Assembly (NCBI GenBank): GCA_036479115.1
Contig: JAZGFD010000085.1
Location: 11,218-75,217 of the forward strand
Length of the DNA: 64,000 nt
Reading direction: 5' to 3'
DNA from: Saprospiraceae bacterium
Lineage (GTDB): Bacteria > Bacteroidota > Bacteroidia > Chitinophagales > Saprospiraceae
Shown: positions 27,597 through 37,785 of the stretch, piece after piece
Layout of the letters: each line of letters starts with the position of its first letter
Numbering within the stretch: the stretch's first letter is position 1
Notes under the pieces: model-generated
The model's input: the letters and a program-made list of their open reading frames with translations, nothing else
What the model was told of the DNA's origin: nothing
Databases searched by the model: none
Position numbers and translations under genes: made by a program

Positions 27597-29718
27597 ATCT
27601 TTTCATCAATTGTTCTAAAATATTAATTGCAGCCTCTGATACTACAGTACCAGGCCCGAATACTCCTATCACCCCAAGGTCAAGTAAAAACTGATGATCA
27701 TTAGGTGGGATGACACCCCCTGCTATGACAAAAATGTCTTCTCTTCCTAGTTTTTTTAATTCTTTGATAGTTTGTGGCACCAGTGTCTTGTGGCCTGCCG
27801 CTAATGATGATATTCCCAACACATGCACATCATTTTCAGCTGCCTGTAATGCCACCTCAGATGGTGTTTGAAACAAGGGGCTTATATCCACATCAAAACC
27901 CAAATCGGCAAAACTAGATGCGATGACTTTGGCTCCTCTGTCGTGCCCATCTTGACCCAATTTGGCAATCATAATACGAGGTCTCCTTCCATCATGTGCG
28001 GCAAATTCATTAGCTAAATTGAGTGCTTTGTCAAATGTTTTATCCATACCAATCTCGCTTTTGTAAGCCCCTGATACTGTTCTAGTTGTTGCTACAAATC
28101 TACCAAATTCTTGTTCCATAGCCATGGATATTTCCCCTAATGTAGCGCGACCTTTAGCAGCATTAATAGCCAATGCTAAGAGGTTACCAGCATTTCCAGC
28201 AGCACATTGATGCAATGCCTTTAAAGAATTTTCAACCGCTATATTGTTTCTGCTTTTTTTGGTCTCGATTATTTTTTTGATCTGCGCTTCTCTCACAGCA
28301 GTATTTTCCACTTCAAGTAAATCCAGCTCAGTATTTTCTTCTATTTCAAATACATTCACACCTATGATTTGATCTGTCCCCTTGTCTATTCTGGCCTGCT
28401 TTTTTGCGGCGGTCTCTTCTATTCTGATTTTTGGCAAACCGTTTTCTATTGCTTTGGCCATGCCCCCTAAATCTTCAATCTCTTGAATCAATGACCATGC
28501 TTTTGTAGCTATTTCTTGCGTGAGATATTCTATATAATGTGAACCAGCCCAGGGGTCTACCACTTTGGTAATGCCAGTATCTTCTAAAAGATATTTTTGT
28601 GTATCTCTAGCTATTTTAGCAGAGAAGTCAGTAGGCAGTGCAATTGCTTCATCCAAACTATTGGTATGTAGTGATTGAGTTCCCCCAAATACTGCTGCTA
28701 GACCTTCTATAGTTGTCCTTCCTATATTATTGAAAGGATCTTGTGCGGTGAGACTCCACCCTGATGTCTGGCAGTGGGTACGTAGCGCCATAGATTTTGG
28801 TTTTTTTGGATTGAAGGATTTTACAATTTTTGCCCAAAGTATTCTTGCGGCCCGCATCTTCGCTATTTCCATAAAATGATTCATACCAATACCCCAAAAG
28901 AAGGACAATCTTGGAGCAAAATCATCAATATCAAGCCCTGCTTTTATTCCAGTACGAATGTATTCTAATCCATCGGCAAGAGTATATGCCAGTTCTATAT
29001 CAGCACTAGCTCCAGCTTCATGCATGTGATACCCACTGATAGAAATGGAATTAAATTTTGGGATATTTTGAGAAATATATTTAAAAATATCACCAATGAT
29101 TCTCATAGAATGTTTGGGAGGATAGATATAGGTATTCCGTACCATGAATTCCTTTAATATGTCATTCTGAATAGTACCTTTCAGATTTTTTATATCCACG
29201 CCCTGTTCTTCAGCAGCTACAATATAGAATGCCATTATTGGTATCACGGCACCATTCATAGTCATGCTCACTGACATTTGATCCAAAGGAATTTTGTCAA
29301 AAAGAATTTTCATATCCTCCACAGTGTCAATTGCCACACCAGCCATACCTACATCACCCGCTACTCGGGGGTGATCAGAATCATAGCCTCTATGAGTGGC
29401 CAAATCAAAAGCTACGGATAGCCCTTTTTGCCCTTGTTCTAAATTTCTTCTGTAAAAAGCATTGCTCTTTTCAGCTGTTGAAAATCCTGCATATTGCCGT
29501 ATAGTCCATGGTCGCACAGCATACATAGAGCTATATGGCCCTCTAAGATATGGAGGGCGACCTGCAATAAAATCCAAATGTTCTGAATATTCTATGTCTT
29601 TTTTGTCATATGATGATTTGATATCAATACCTTCTGCAGTATCCCAACTTTTAGTTTCTGACGTTGTGGTCTTAATATTTTTATTAAATGATATTTTCGA
29701 AAAATCTAGTTTGTGCAT
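27589..29718 (-). CDS. mutB: Methylmalonyl-CoA mutase large subunit (with C-terminal B12-binding domain)
   Basis: [23 protein letters not shown] and TMNGAV in the TIM-barrel part. C-terminal cobalamin domain [11 protein letters not shown]. Confidence 0.9.
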   Translation of the reverse strand: MHKLDFSKISFNKNIKTTTSETKSWDTAEGIDIKSSYDKKDIEYSEHLDFIAGRPPYLRGPYSSMYAVRPWTIRQYAGFSTAEKSNAFYRRNLEQGQKGLSVAFDLATHRGYDSDHPRVAGDVGMAGVAIDTVEDMKILFDKIPLDQMSVSMTMNGAVIPIMAFYIVAAEEQGVDIKNLKGTIQNDILKEFMVRNTYIYPPKHSMRIIGDIFKYISQNIPKFNSISISGYHMHEAGASADIELAYTLADGLEYIRTGIKAGLDIDDFAPRLSFFWGIGMNHFMEIAKMRAARILWAKIVKSFNPKKPKSMALRTHCQTSGWSLTAQDPFNNIGRTTIEGLAAVFGGTQSLHTNSLDEAIALPTDFSAKIARDTQKYLLEDTGITKVVDPWAGSHYIEYLTQEIATKAWSLIQEIEDLGGMAKAIENGLPKIRIEETAAKKQARIDKGTDQIIGVNVFEIEENTELDLLEVENTAVREAQIKKIIETKKSRNNIAVENSLKALHQCAAGNAGNLLALAINAAKGRATLGEISMAMEQEFGRFVATTRTVSGAYKSEIGMDKTFDKALNLANEFAAHDGRRPRIMIAKLGQDGHDRGAKVIASSFADLGFDVDISPLFQTPSEVALQAAENDVHVLGISSLAAGHKTLVPQTIKELKKLGREDIFVIAGGVIPPNDHQFLLDLGVIGVFGPGTVVSEAAINILEQLMKRFG

Positions 29719-29721
29719 TCT

Positions 29722-31194
29722 TTATATTCTCGTCTTTTTCCAACTATTGGCTTTCAAATCTCCTCCTACCAATGTTTTCTTATTTTCAATATGTTTTTTC
29801 AATGCTACTCTTCCTGCTATGACTGCTTCGTTCTTTTGAGTCTCTTTTAATTTATCTGACGAATAGTAGTTTTTAACAAAATGTGTATTAAAATCACCAC
29901 CAATAAATTTGTCATGTTCAAGTACAAATTTACCAAAAGGCAATGTAGTTTTTATTCCTTCAATTTTATAGTCAGCAATAGCTTGTTTCATTCTTTCGAT
30001 TGCCTCATTTCTACTGGCTCCATATGTGATTAATTTAGCAATCATAGGGTCGTAATATATTGGTATTTCCATCCCTTTTTCATACCCATCGTCCACTCTC
30101 ACTCCTTTTCCTTTTGGGATGTCGTAAGTAGTCAGTGTACCAACGTTAGGAGAAAAATTATCAAAGGAATCTTCTGCATACACCCTCAGTTCTAGTGCGT
30201 GACCATTTATCTTAAGATCATCTTGTGCAAACGAAAGTTTTTCGCCTCTCGCTACTTTAATTTGTTCTTCTACCAAGTCAATGTTGGTGATCAGTTCTGT
30301 CACGGGATGCTCCACTTGTAGACGTGTATTCATCTCTAAAAAATAGAAGTTATTATCTTCATCTAGTAAAAATTCTACTGTCCCTGCTCCCACATAGTCA
30401 CATGCTTTTGCCACTCTTATGGCTGCTGCTCCCATTTCCTTTCTGAGATAAGAAGTAAGCACTACAGAAGGCGCTTCTTCTACTACTTTTTGGTGCCTTC
30501 GTTGTATGCTGCATTCTCTTTCGAATAAGTGTACAAAATTGCCATGAGTATCAGCCAGAATTTGAATTTCAATATGCCGTGGCGAGCTGATGTATTTTTC
30601 GATAAAAACAGATCCATCGCCGAAGGCAGACAGTGCTTCACTTGTGGCCCTTTGCATTTGTTCGGGTAGAGAATCTACGTCGTTCACTACTCTCATTCCT
30701 TTGCCACCTCCTCCTGCTGAAGCTTTTATTAAAATGGGAAACCCTATTTCTTTAGCAATTTGAATGGCTTCATTTTCATCACTTATTGCATTATCTGTGC
30801 CAGGCACCATCGGTATATCATACTTACTTACGGCATCCTTTGCTGCGAGCTTACTACCCATTATTTCAATAGCATGAGACTTTGGCCCAATAAAAGTAAT
30901 ACCAGCTTTTTCTATCATTTTTGCGAAAGTGGAATTTTCACTTAAAAATCCATATCCTGGGTGAATTCCTTCTGCTCCTGTCAATTGAGCTGCTTTCAAT
31001 ATTTTATCCATGACTAAGTAGGACTCAGAAGAAGGTGGTGCCCCTATTAAAACTGCTTCATCAGCAAATCTCACATGAAGAGCGTTTCGGTCAGCTTCTG
31101 AAAACACAGCCACAGTCTTGATGCCCATTTTTCGACAACTGCGCATTACTCTTAATGCTATTTCCCCTCTATTTGCTATTAATATTTTTTTCAT
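29722..31194 (-). CDS. Biotin carboxylase subunit of acetyl/propionyl-CoA carboxylase (no fused BCCP domain)
   Basis: MKKILIANRGEIA, GGGGKGMRVV, EMNTRLQVEHPVTE. At 490 aa it ends before any biotinyl domain. Confidence 0.9.
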   Translation of the reverse strand: MKKILIANRGEIALRVMRSCRKMGIKTVAVFSEADRNALHVRFADEAVLIGAPPSSESYLVMDKILKAAQLTGAEGIHPGYGFLSENSTFAKMIEKAGITFIGPKSHAIEIMGSKLAAKDAVSKYDIPMVPGTDNAISDENEAIQIAKEIGFPILIKASAGGGGKGMRVVNDVDSLPEQMQRATSEALSAFGDGSVFIEKYISSPRHIEIQILADTHGNFVHLFERECSIQRRHQKVVEEAPSVVLTSYLRKEMGAAAIRVAKACDYVGAGTVEFLLDEDNNFYFLEMNTRLQVEHPVTELITNIDLVEEQIKVARGEKLSFAQDDLKINGHALELRVYAEDSFDNFSPNVGTLTTYDIPKGKGVRVDDGYEKGMEIPIYYDPMIAKLITYGASRNEAIERMKQAIADYKIEGIKTTLPFGKFVLEHDKFIGGDFNTHFVKNYYSSDKLKETQKNEAVIAGRVALKKHIENKKTLVGGDLKANSWKKTRI

Positions 31195-31220
31195 TTCTAA
31201 GCTTATTCAATGAGTATTTG

Positions 31221-32285
31221 TTATTGAAACTTCTTCCATGCTTTTTCACATATTGAATCTGTCAAAGTTTCAATAAAATAACTGCCCGCAGAGGGATCTT
31301 TAACCCTGCTCAAATGGCTTTCCAAATCAAGTATATGACTAATATTTCGAGCTATTCTGTTCGAAAACGATATACCATTAGTATGAAGACCAAATGTGAT
31401 TTTAAGCAAATCCACACCTCCAATCACTGCTGCAATTGACTGGGTATTGGCTCTTATTATATTGCTATTTTCGCCTCTATTTGGATCAGATGTATTTATT
31501 GTTACCGAGATAAAGGGTACATAATCTGAGATATTGTATGCATGAAAAAGATTTTGTAACAGTAATCTAAAAGCTCTTATTTTGGCAATATTTCCAAAGT
31601 AAAAATCATCCATACTCAATTGGAAAATCATCGCTTCTCCTAATGCTTTTTTGTCTGAATGTCGTTTTAAATGATTTTTAGTCTTTGTTAGCATTTTGGC
31701 TAAATCCTCCGTAGTGGATGACGTAAGAGATGACGCTATTTTTATCATTTTCATGTTGGGAAATAGGCCTCTTCTTACATCTAGAATATCCATATCCTTT
31801 ACAGGTTTTTCCTCATATAAAGCGCCTCTTATTTTTTCTGTGTCAAACCCTTGACCTTCGACATATATAAGAAATTTTTCAGTAAACACCAGAGAGTCAA
31901 CTCCCTTGAGTACAAATTCAGTAAATATCAATTCTAGTTGTATACCTTTTAGGACTTTCCCAAAATCAAATACAATTTCTTTATCAACTATAAATGTCAA
32001 CGCAGTACAGCCCCCATTAAGAGCTTCTAGTGCCTTTCTGTTTGCTTCTTTCGGATTCTTATCTCGAATAGATTCGCTAATTTCCCATGAATTTTGAATG
32101 CTTTCAGAGGTGTTAATTTGTGCAATATTTGGATTGTCTTCAGAGTGATAAAAAGGAGAGAAATCCATGCCATCAAAGTTCCAATTGAGGTCATCAATGG
32201 GTTTCCCTTTCAGGTCTTTTTCTACTTGTTTAAGCCAATCTTCTTTTGAAGACTTAGAAAATTCATTGAAATTATTTGCCATCAT
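31221..32285 (-). CDS. Methylmalonyl-CoA mutase small-subunit-like protein (short, 354 aa, no B12 domain)
   Basis: Weak mutase-fold similarity (DPSAGSYFIETLT near the C-terminus). The start overlaps the upstream stop as ATGA. Its position inside the mutase/carboxylase operon supports the call. Confidence 0.6.
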   Translation of the reverse strand: MMANNFNEFSKSSKEDWLKQVEKDLKGKPIDDLNWNFDGMDFSPFYHSEDNPNIAQINTSESIQNSWEISESIRDKNPKEANRKALEALNGGCTALTFIVDKEIVFDFGKVLKGIQLELIFTEFVLKGVDSLVFTEKFLIYVEGQGFDTEKIRGALYEEKPVKDMDILDVRRGLFPNMKMIKIASSLTSSTTEDLAKMLTKTKNHLKRHSDKKALGEAMIFQLSMDDFYFGNIAKIRAFRLLLQNLFHAYNISDYVPFISVTINTSDPNRGENSNIIRANTQSIAAVIGGVDLLKITFGLHTNGISFSNRIARNISHILDLESHLSRVKDPSAGSYFIETLTDSICEKAWKKFQ

Positions 32286-32779
32286 TTCTCCATTTCAATT
32301 ATTATCTGCCCTTTGTTCACGGCTTCTCCTTTTTGGCTTATTATTTTTTTTATCACACCATCACCCACAGCCTTTATTACATTCTCCATTTTCATGGCTT
32401 CCAATATTAACAAAGGGCTTCCTTTTGTAATCTGATCGCCATCATTCACCATGATATCAAGGATGAGTCCAGGCATCGGTGCCGTGATATCCGCCACTTT
32501 TTGATCATTGGTTGAATTGAGCCCCATTTGGGATATAAGTTGATCATATTCATCTTGGATGGTAATTTTATAGTAATTTCCATTTACAGTGATCCCATAG
32601 TATTTTGTTGCCCTGTTTTCATTCTCTATTCTCACATCATAGGATGTTGCTGATTCAAGCACATGGTATTGATCCGCATTAATTTTATGAATATCAAGAG
32701 CTTTGATGTCAGCAATATCTATATTTTCTTCGTGATGGTCGCTTATTATTTTATACATATTGTCAGAAGTGTAATTCAA
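32282..32779 (-). CDS. Biotin carboxyl carrier protein (biotinyl/lipoyl domain)
   Basis: C-terminal PMPGLILDI...LLILEAMKMENVIKA...GQIIIEME, with the EAMKM biotinylation motif. Confidence 0.85.
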   Translation of the reverse strand: MNYTSDNMYKIISDHHEENIDIADIKALDIHKINADQYHVLESATSYDVRIENENRATKYYGITVNGNYYKITIQDEYDQLISQMGLNSTNDQKVADITAPMPGLILDIMVNDGDQITKGSPLLILEAMKMENVIKAVGDGVIKKIISQKGEAVNKGQIIIEMEK

Positions 32780-32897
32780 TTTGATTGTGAAAGATAGCTA
32801 TTCAGTCAGTAATGTCAATATTAACTAATAAACGATCTTTTACTTCATCCTTTTGATTAATTTTTTGGTTTTAGTGAATAAGGAAGCGATAATTACA

Positions 32898-33064
32898 GTA
32901 ATAGTAAGTGGGATAACATTTTTAGAAATTTTCTTACCTATCATTTTTCGTAAATACTTAGGTGAGGCCCATTTTGGGCAAAAAATTATTTTTCTATCAT
33001 ATTTCATCTACATTTTTCGCTTTGGCTCTGCGATATCTCAAAAGGGACCCACTTGAGTAGTTAC
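32898..33064 (+). repeat. Composite of one partial and one internally deleted family-1 element
   Basis: GTAATAGTAAGTGGGATAACATTTTTAG (partial left arm), then GTAAATACTTAGGTGAGGCCCATTTTGGG...GGGACCCACTTGAGTAGTTAC. The central ~45 bp is missing. Confidence 0.6.
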
Positions 33065-33146
33065 TCTTTTTTATTAGCAAATTGCTATTGACTTTTTTTT
33101 CACTAAAAATGCAATTAGTTTTGTAGCTCATTTAAATTAAAATGAT

Positions 33147-34292
33147 ATGATGCAATCACACCTTATGACCGAAGAACATCACATGTTTAGAGATGCTGTA
33201 AAGGCTTTTGTTCAAAAAGAGTTAGCGCCAAGAGAAGAAGAATGGTGTAAGAATGGTATTGTTTCTCGTGATGTGTGGCTCAAAGCTGGGGAACAAGGGA
33301 TGCTTTGCATGGATTTTCCAGAAAAATATGGAGGGATGGGTATAAAGGATTTTAGGTATAATGCTATATTGGTAGAGGAGATCATAAAGGCGAATGTTAC
33401 ATCAGTCGGGTTCTTCTTGCAAAATGATATAATGGCTCCATATTTCACACAATTTTGCAATGATGAACAAAAGGCAAGATGGATGCCAAAAGTAGCTTCT
33501 GGGGAGTATATTACTGCACTTTGCATGACTGAGCCAAGTGTAGGAAGTGATGTGGCTAATGTGAGCACATCAGCTGTAAAAAAAGGTGATAAATATGTTA
33601 TCAATGGTCAGAAGACTTTCATTACGAATGGAATCAATTGTGACCTAGCTATAGTAGTGGCAAAAACCGACCCATCGGCTGGCCATAAAGGGATTACTTT
33701 ATTTATGGTAGAAGAAGGGATGAAGGGTTTTATAAAAGGTAAAAACCTTGACAAAATTGGGCTTCATGGGCAAGACACTTCTGAACTTTTTTTTGAAGAT
33801 GTAGAAGTGCCTGAAGAAAATATATTGGCAGAAGTAGGCAAAGGCTTCTATTACCTCATGCACAATTTGCCCCAAGAGAGATTAAGTATTGCTGTATCTG
33901 CAGTAGCATCATGTGAAGTCGCTTTGGAATGGACAATTCAGTATTGCAAGGATAGAAAAGCATTTGGGCAATCTATTGGTTCATTTCAAAATTCTAAGTT
34001 CAAATTGGCTGAAATGCGAACTGAGATTACAATAGCCAGAACATTCGTTGATCAATGTATTTTGGAATTGAATGCTAAAAAACTTTCACCAGAAAAAGCG
34101 GCAATGGCAAAATATTGGACAACTGAACTACAGATAAAAGTAGTTAATCAATGTTTGCAACTACATGGAGGCTATGGCTATATGAATGAATTTCCAATTG
34201 CAAAAATGTATGTGGATTGTCGAATTCAGACGATATATGGAGGTACCAATGAGATCATGCGGGAAATTATTGGAAGGTCTATGGGCTTTTGA
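33147..34292 (+). CDS. Acyl-CoA dehydrogenase
   Basis: 381 aa with CMTEPSVGSD, ITNG and the C-terminal YGGTNEIMREIIGR motif. Confidence 0.9.
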   Translation: MMQSHLMTEEHHMFRDAVKAFVQKELAPREEEWCKNGIVSRDVWLKAGEQGMLCMDFPEKYGGMGIKDFRYNAILVEEIIKANVTSVGFFLQNDIMAPYFTQFCNDEQKARWMPKVASGEYITALCMTEPSVGSDVANVSTSAVKKGDKYVINGQKTFITNGINCDLAIVVAKTDPSAGHKGITLFMVEEGMKGFIKGKNLDKIGLHGQDTSELFFEDVEVPEENILAEVGKGFYYLMHNLPQERLSIAVSAVASCEVALEWTIQYCKDRKAFGQSIGSFQNSKFKLAEMRTEITIARTFVDQCILELNAKKLSPEKAAMAKYWTTELQIKVVNQCLQLHGGYGYMNEFPIAKMYVDCRIQTIYGGTNEIMREIIGRSMGF

Positions 34293-34371
34293 ATTGATAA
34301 TTAATATCTACAATAGTCACGAGGCTTTACGTATTTATAAATGACCTCATTTTTATATGATCTTGTAACAT

Positions 34372-34578
34372 TGAGTCCACTCCGAAAATTTACAAAATCA
34401 AAAAGTTAACTTTTACAAGCTCTGTATAAATACTTCGACAATCTCTGCAGAAAGCTTTTGGAGAACTTTACATTTTTCTCAATTCGCTGATACTCCGTCA
34501 TCACCGAATCTCCAAAAATGCAAATTCCACCCAAAACGATTCTTTTTCTGAAAAATGTTAGATCCCTGAGTAGACTCA
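34372..34578 (+). mobile_element. Family-2 MITE-like element (with ~23-bp internal duplication)
   Basis: Termini TGAGTCCACTCCGAAAA and CTGAGTAGACTCA. The core is identical in layout to the copies at 18769 and 38554. Confidence 0.75.
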
Positions 34579-34600
34579 GTATTTTAATTGTAAAACTCGG

Positions 34601-34759
34601 AAGTACTCAATATTGTATCCATCAAAGAAAGGAGGAAGGCTTTTAGCAGAATAGGAAATGGCAACGCCCTAGGTAAGAGAAGTGATTGTTGTGATTTGGC
34701 GACATTTTTGATTAAAAATGATGACATACCTTTCGGGTTACACAAGATATTGAGTACTT
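34601..34759. repeat. 159-bp segment bounded by a perfect 13-bp inverted repeat AAGTACTCAATAT
   Basis: The arms are at 34601-34613 and, reverse-complemented, at 34747-34759. The interior shares the TTGGCGACATTTTT core motif with family 2. It may be a third MITE-like type. Confidence 0.4.
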
Positions 34760-34858
34760 ATTGAAACTCTGCATAACTGCAATACATGTCACTTTATAAC
34801 ACAAAAATACACGTGCTTTGTAGCCAAAGATGATTACAACGCTATTGTTACAAATATT

Positions 34859-35018
34859 GTAACTACTGGGCTGTAGCCAATTTTGGATAAAAAAGTATTT
34901 TTTTACGATGATTTCAGCTATTTTTTTTGCCTTAACTTTGCTATGCTTTTAAAAATGAGCTTTATCTGTTAAAAAAATAACAAATTTTTATATCAAAGGC
35001 GCCCACCTGGGTAGTTAC
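34859..35018 (+). mobile_element. Family-1 MITE-like element (subtype 1a) with perfect 8-bp duplication CAAATATT
   Basis: Termini GTAACTACTGGGCTGTAGCCAATTTTGG and GCGCCCACCTGGGTAGTTAC. CAAATATT occurs at 34851-58 and 35019-26. Confidence 0.85.
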
Positions 35019-35092
35019 CAAATATTAAATGAATGAGAATAAACTGAACGTAATGATAGTGAATGAAATATTATTGTATTAACTTGTAATCA

Positions 35093-35941
35093 ATGTCCAA
35101 AGCCAATTTTTCATTGAAAATAAAATTCTATGGAACCCGTGGGTCAATTCCTGTTTGTGCACGTAATTTCCAAGATTTTGGAGGTAATACCACATGTATA
35201 TTGATAACCACACCAGATAATGATGCTGTAAGTATTATTGATGCAGGCTCAGGCATTAGAAAATTAGGACAAGATCTTATAGACAGAATAGAAGGAATGC
35301 CTAAGGAAATCACTATTGGGTTTACACATTTTCATTGGGATCACATTCAAGGATTCCCTTTTTTTAAACCTGCTTACAACCCAAAAGTCAAAATTAATAT
35401 TCTCATGATGGGAAGTGATTGGACTTTAGAAAGACTGAAACAAATTATGGTAGATCAAATGGGAGGCGCTTTTTTCCCTATTGATGTGAAGGACATGGGC
35501 GCTCAGTTTAACTATATGATATATGGAAGCAAAGTTTTTTCGCAAAAGAGGGGAATTAGCGTAAAAGCTCGACAACATAATCACCCTGGTGCTGCTTATA
35601 GTTTTAGAATAGAAAGAGAAGGAAAAGTGGCAGTGTTTATTTATGATATAGAACATGGCGAAAAAATAGACCCAGGAGCAGTAGAACTTGCAAAAGATGC
35701 AGACCTTTTAGTACATGAAGCTCAATATACAAATCAAGAGTTAAAATCTAGGAAAGGATGGGGCCACAGTAGCTACGACCAAGCAATAGAAGTAGCCAAA
35801 CGTGCCGGTGTTAAGGAATTAATACTGACTCATCATGATCCAGAACATGATGACAATTTTCTCTTAAAAATGGAAAAGAAATGCCAAAAGATATTTTCTA
35901 ATTGTAGATTGGCTAGAGAAGGAATGGAAATCATTTTATAG
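35093..35941 (+). CDS. MBL-fold metallo-hydrolase
   Basis: HFHWDH metal-binding motif, and HHD near the C-terminus. Confidence 0.8.
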   Translation: MSKANFSLKIKFYGTRGSIPVCARNFQDFGGNTTCILITTPDNDAVSIIDAGSGIRKLGQDLIDRIEGMPKEITIGFTHFHWDHIQGFPFFKPAYNPKVKINILMMGSDWTLERLKQIMVDQMGGAFFPIDVKDMGAQFNYMIYGSKVFSQKRGISVKARQHNHPGAAYSFRIEREGKVAVFIYDIEHGEKIDPGAVELAKDADLLVHEAQYTNQELKSRKGWGHSSYDQAIEVAKRAGVKELILTHHDPEHDDNFLLKMEKKCQKIFSNCRLAREGMEIIL

Positions 35942-36019
35942 AGCCAATCGCTTTCACTATAAATAACTGCACAAAGGGCGGTTTTAACTATAAAAAAATG
36001 GGCTCATCAGAGTAGTTAC
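35941..36019 (+). repeat. Truncated family-1 remnant (right arm only)
   Basis: GAGCCAATCG...AAAGGGCGGTTTTAAC...GGGCTCATCAGAGTAGTTAC. It abuts the MBL gene stop codon. Confidence 0.5.
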
Positions 36020-36037
36020 CTACAATAATAAGTATAT

Positions 36038-37045
36038 ATGATAGAAGATTATATTACCCGAATACCTAAGGCTGAACTTCACATTCACATAGAAGGTGCA
36101 TTAGAGCCAGAACTGGCTTTTCATTTTGCAAGGAGAAACAATGTAGAATTGAGTTATAACTCAGTAAAAGAATTGAGAGAAGCATATAATTTTAATAATC
36201 TCCAAGAGTTTCTCAACCTCTATCATGAAGTATCAAAAGTGCTGGTAACTGAGGCTGATTTTTATGAGTTTACATGGGCATATCTTGAAAAACTTCATGA
36301 TCAAAATGTAAGGCATGTAGAGTTGTTTTATGATTCTCAATCACATACCGAACGAGGAGTTTCATTTGAAACTGTCACTAATGGCATACATAAAGCGCTA
36401 CAAGATGGAAAAGAAAAATTTGGAATTAGCTCGTACCTTATTCTTTGTTTTCTAAGACATTTATCAGAAGAAGAGGCGTTGCTTACTTTAGACAAGGCGA
36501 TAGAACATAAGGATAAAATCATTGGTATAGGTTTGGCGTCTTCTGAGTTAGGACACCCCCCTTCTAAGTTTGATAACGCTTTTAACAAGGCACGGGCAGA
36601 AGGCTTTAGAATAGTGGCCCATGCTGGTGAAGAGGGGCCAGTAGAGTATATATGGGAAGCGCTTAATATTCTCAAAGTTGAACGGATAGATCATGGCAAT
36701 AGGGCTATGGAAGATCCTAAGCTTTTAGATTTATTGTCAAAAAACAAAATCCCATTGACGCTATGCCCAGTGTCTAATTTAGAATTGTGTGTAATTGAAT
36801 CTCTTGAAAATCATCCCGTAAAAAAAATGTTAGATTTGGGTATTTTAGCTACTATTCATTCTGATGACCCAGCATATTTTAAAGGAAGTTTAGTAGATAA
36901 TTATGTAAGAACGGCAGAGGCATTAAGCCTTGATAAAATGGACATTTATCAATTGGCAAAGAATTCTTTTGAAGCCAGCTTTTTACCTCAAAATGAAAAA
37001 AACAATCTACTCAGAGAATTGAGAGAATTTAAAGACAATAACTAA
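36038..37045 (+). CDS. add: Adenosine/adenine deaminase
   Basis: PKAELHIHIEG, HAGE and TIHSDDPAYF motifs of the adenosine deaminase family. Confidence 0.88.
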   Translation: MIEDYITRIPKAELHIHIEGALEPELAFHFARRNNVELSYNSVKELREAYNFNNLQEFLNLYHEVSKVLVTEADFYEFTWAYLEKLHDQNVRHVELFYDSQSHTERGVSFETVTNGIHKALQDGKEKFGISSYLILCFLRHLSEEEALLTLDKAIEHKDKIIGIGLASSELGHPPSKFDNAFNKARAEGFRIVAHAGEEGPVEYIWEALNILKVERIDHGNRAMEDPKLLDLLSKNKIPLTLCPVSNLELCVIESLENHPVKKMLDLGILATIHSDDPAYFKGSLVDNYVRTAEALSLDKMDIYQLAKNSFEASFLPQNEKNNLLRELREFKDNN

Positions 37046-37087
37046 ATTTTGGCTTGCTTAATTAGAGAAGTTGAAACATACCTCAAA

Positions 37088-37663
37088 ATGGAATTGCTCC
37101 GTAAAAAATTATTATCGTATTGTTACTTGTCTGATGACGAGTTAGATCAATTAATGGGTTCTTTTGTGAAGGTGAATTTACAGCCAGGAGAAAGGTTGTT
37201 TTCTGAAGGCGATGTGGTGAAGTCACTTTATTTCATTTTGTCTGGAGTATTGGTCTATACTAGTGTTGTAGATGGTGAAACATCGATTATTGAATTTTAT
37301 TCGGATGGCGAAATGCATACTGATTTTTACAGTTACTCTAAAGAAAAACCTACTGTATGTTCTGCCCAATCAGAAAAGGCGACTTTAGTAATGGCTGTCT
37401 CAAAAGAAAAGCTCGAAATGCTGTATGATTCTTCAATGTCGTTCCAAAGGTTTGGCAGAAAATTGGCAGAAAATTATCTTCTTCATATTCTTAGAAGGAA
37501 TTATGAAAAACAAATTTTTAGCAATGAAGAACGATATAGAAGATTCCTTGACAAACGGTACAAACTAAGCCAGAGGGTACCACAATATAAAATAGCTTCT
37601 TACCTTAACATCACACCTGTAGGACTTTCAAAAATTAGAAAGAGAATGTTTAATAAAAGGTGA
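37088..37663 (+). CDS. Crp/Fnr-family transcriptional regulator (cNMP-binding domain + C-terminal HTH)
   Basis: Beta-roll segment GERLFSEGDVVKSLYFILSGVL. C-terminal QYKIASYLNITPVGLSKIRKR. The start is taken at the ATG at 37088; the track ORF begins at a TTG at 37049. Confidence 0.75.
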   Translation: MELLRKKLLSYCYLSDDELDQLMGSFVKVNLQPGERLFSEGDVVKSLYFILSGVLVYTSVVDGETSIIEFYSDGEMHTDFYSYSKEKPTVCSAQSEKATLVMAVSKEKLEMLYDSSMSFQRFGRKLAENYLLHILRRNYEKQIFSNEERYRRFLDKRYKLSQRVPQYKIASYLNITPVGLSKIRKRMFNKR

Positions 37664-37785
37664 CGTTCTTTTGGCGACATTTTTTATTCAACTCGCTGAA
37701 ACTCAGGCATCACTAAATATCAAAAAACTAAATTCTCAGCCAAAATATTTTATTTCATAAACTTTGACAGTTTCCGTTCAGACAC
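37664..37785 (+). repeat. 5'-truncated family-2 element
   Basis: It begins in the core, TTCTTTTGGCGACATTTTTTATTCAACTCGCTGAAACTCAGGCATCAC, and ends with a degenerate right terminus, GTTTCCGTTCAGACAC. It abuts the Crp gene stop codon. Confidence 0.6.
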
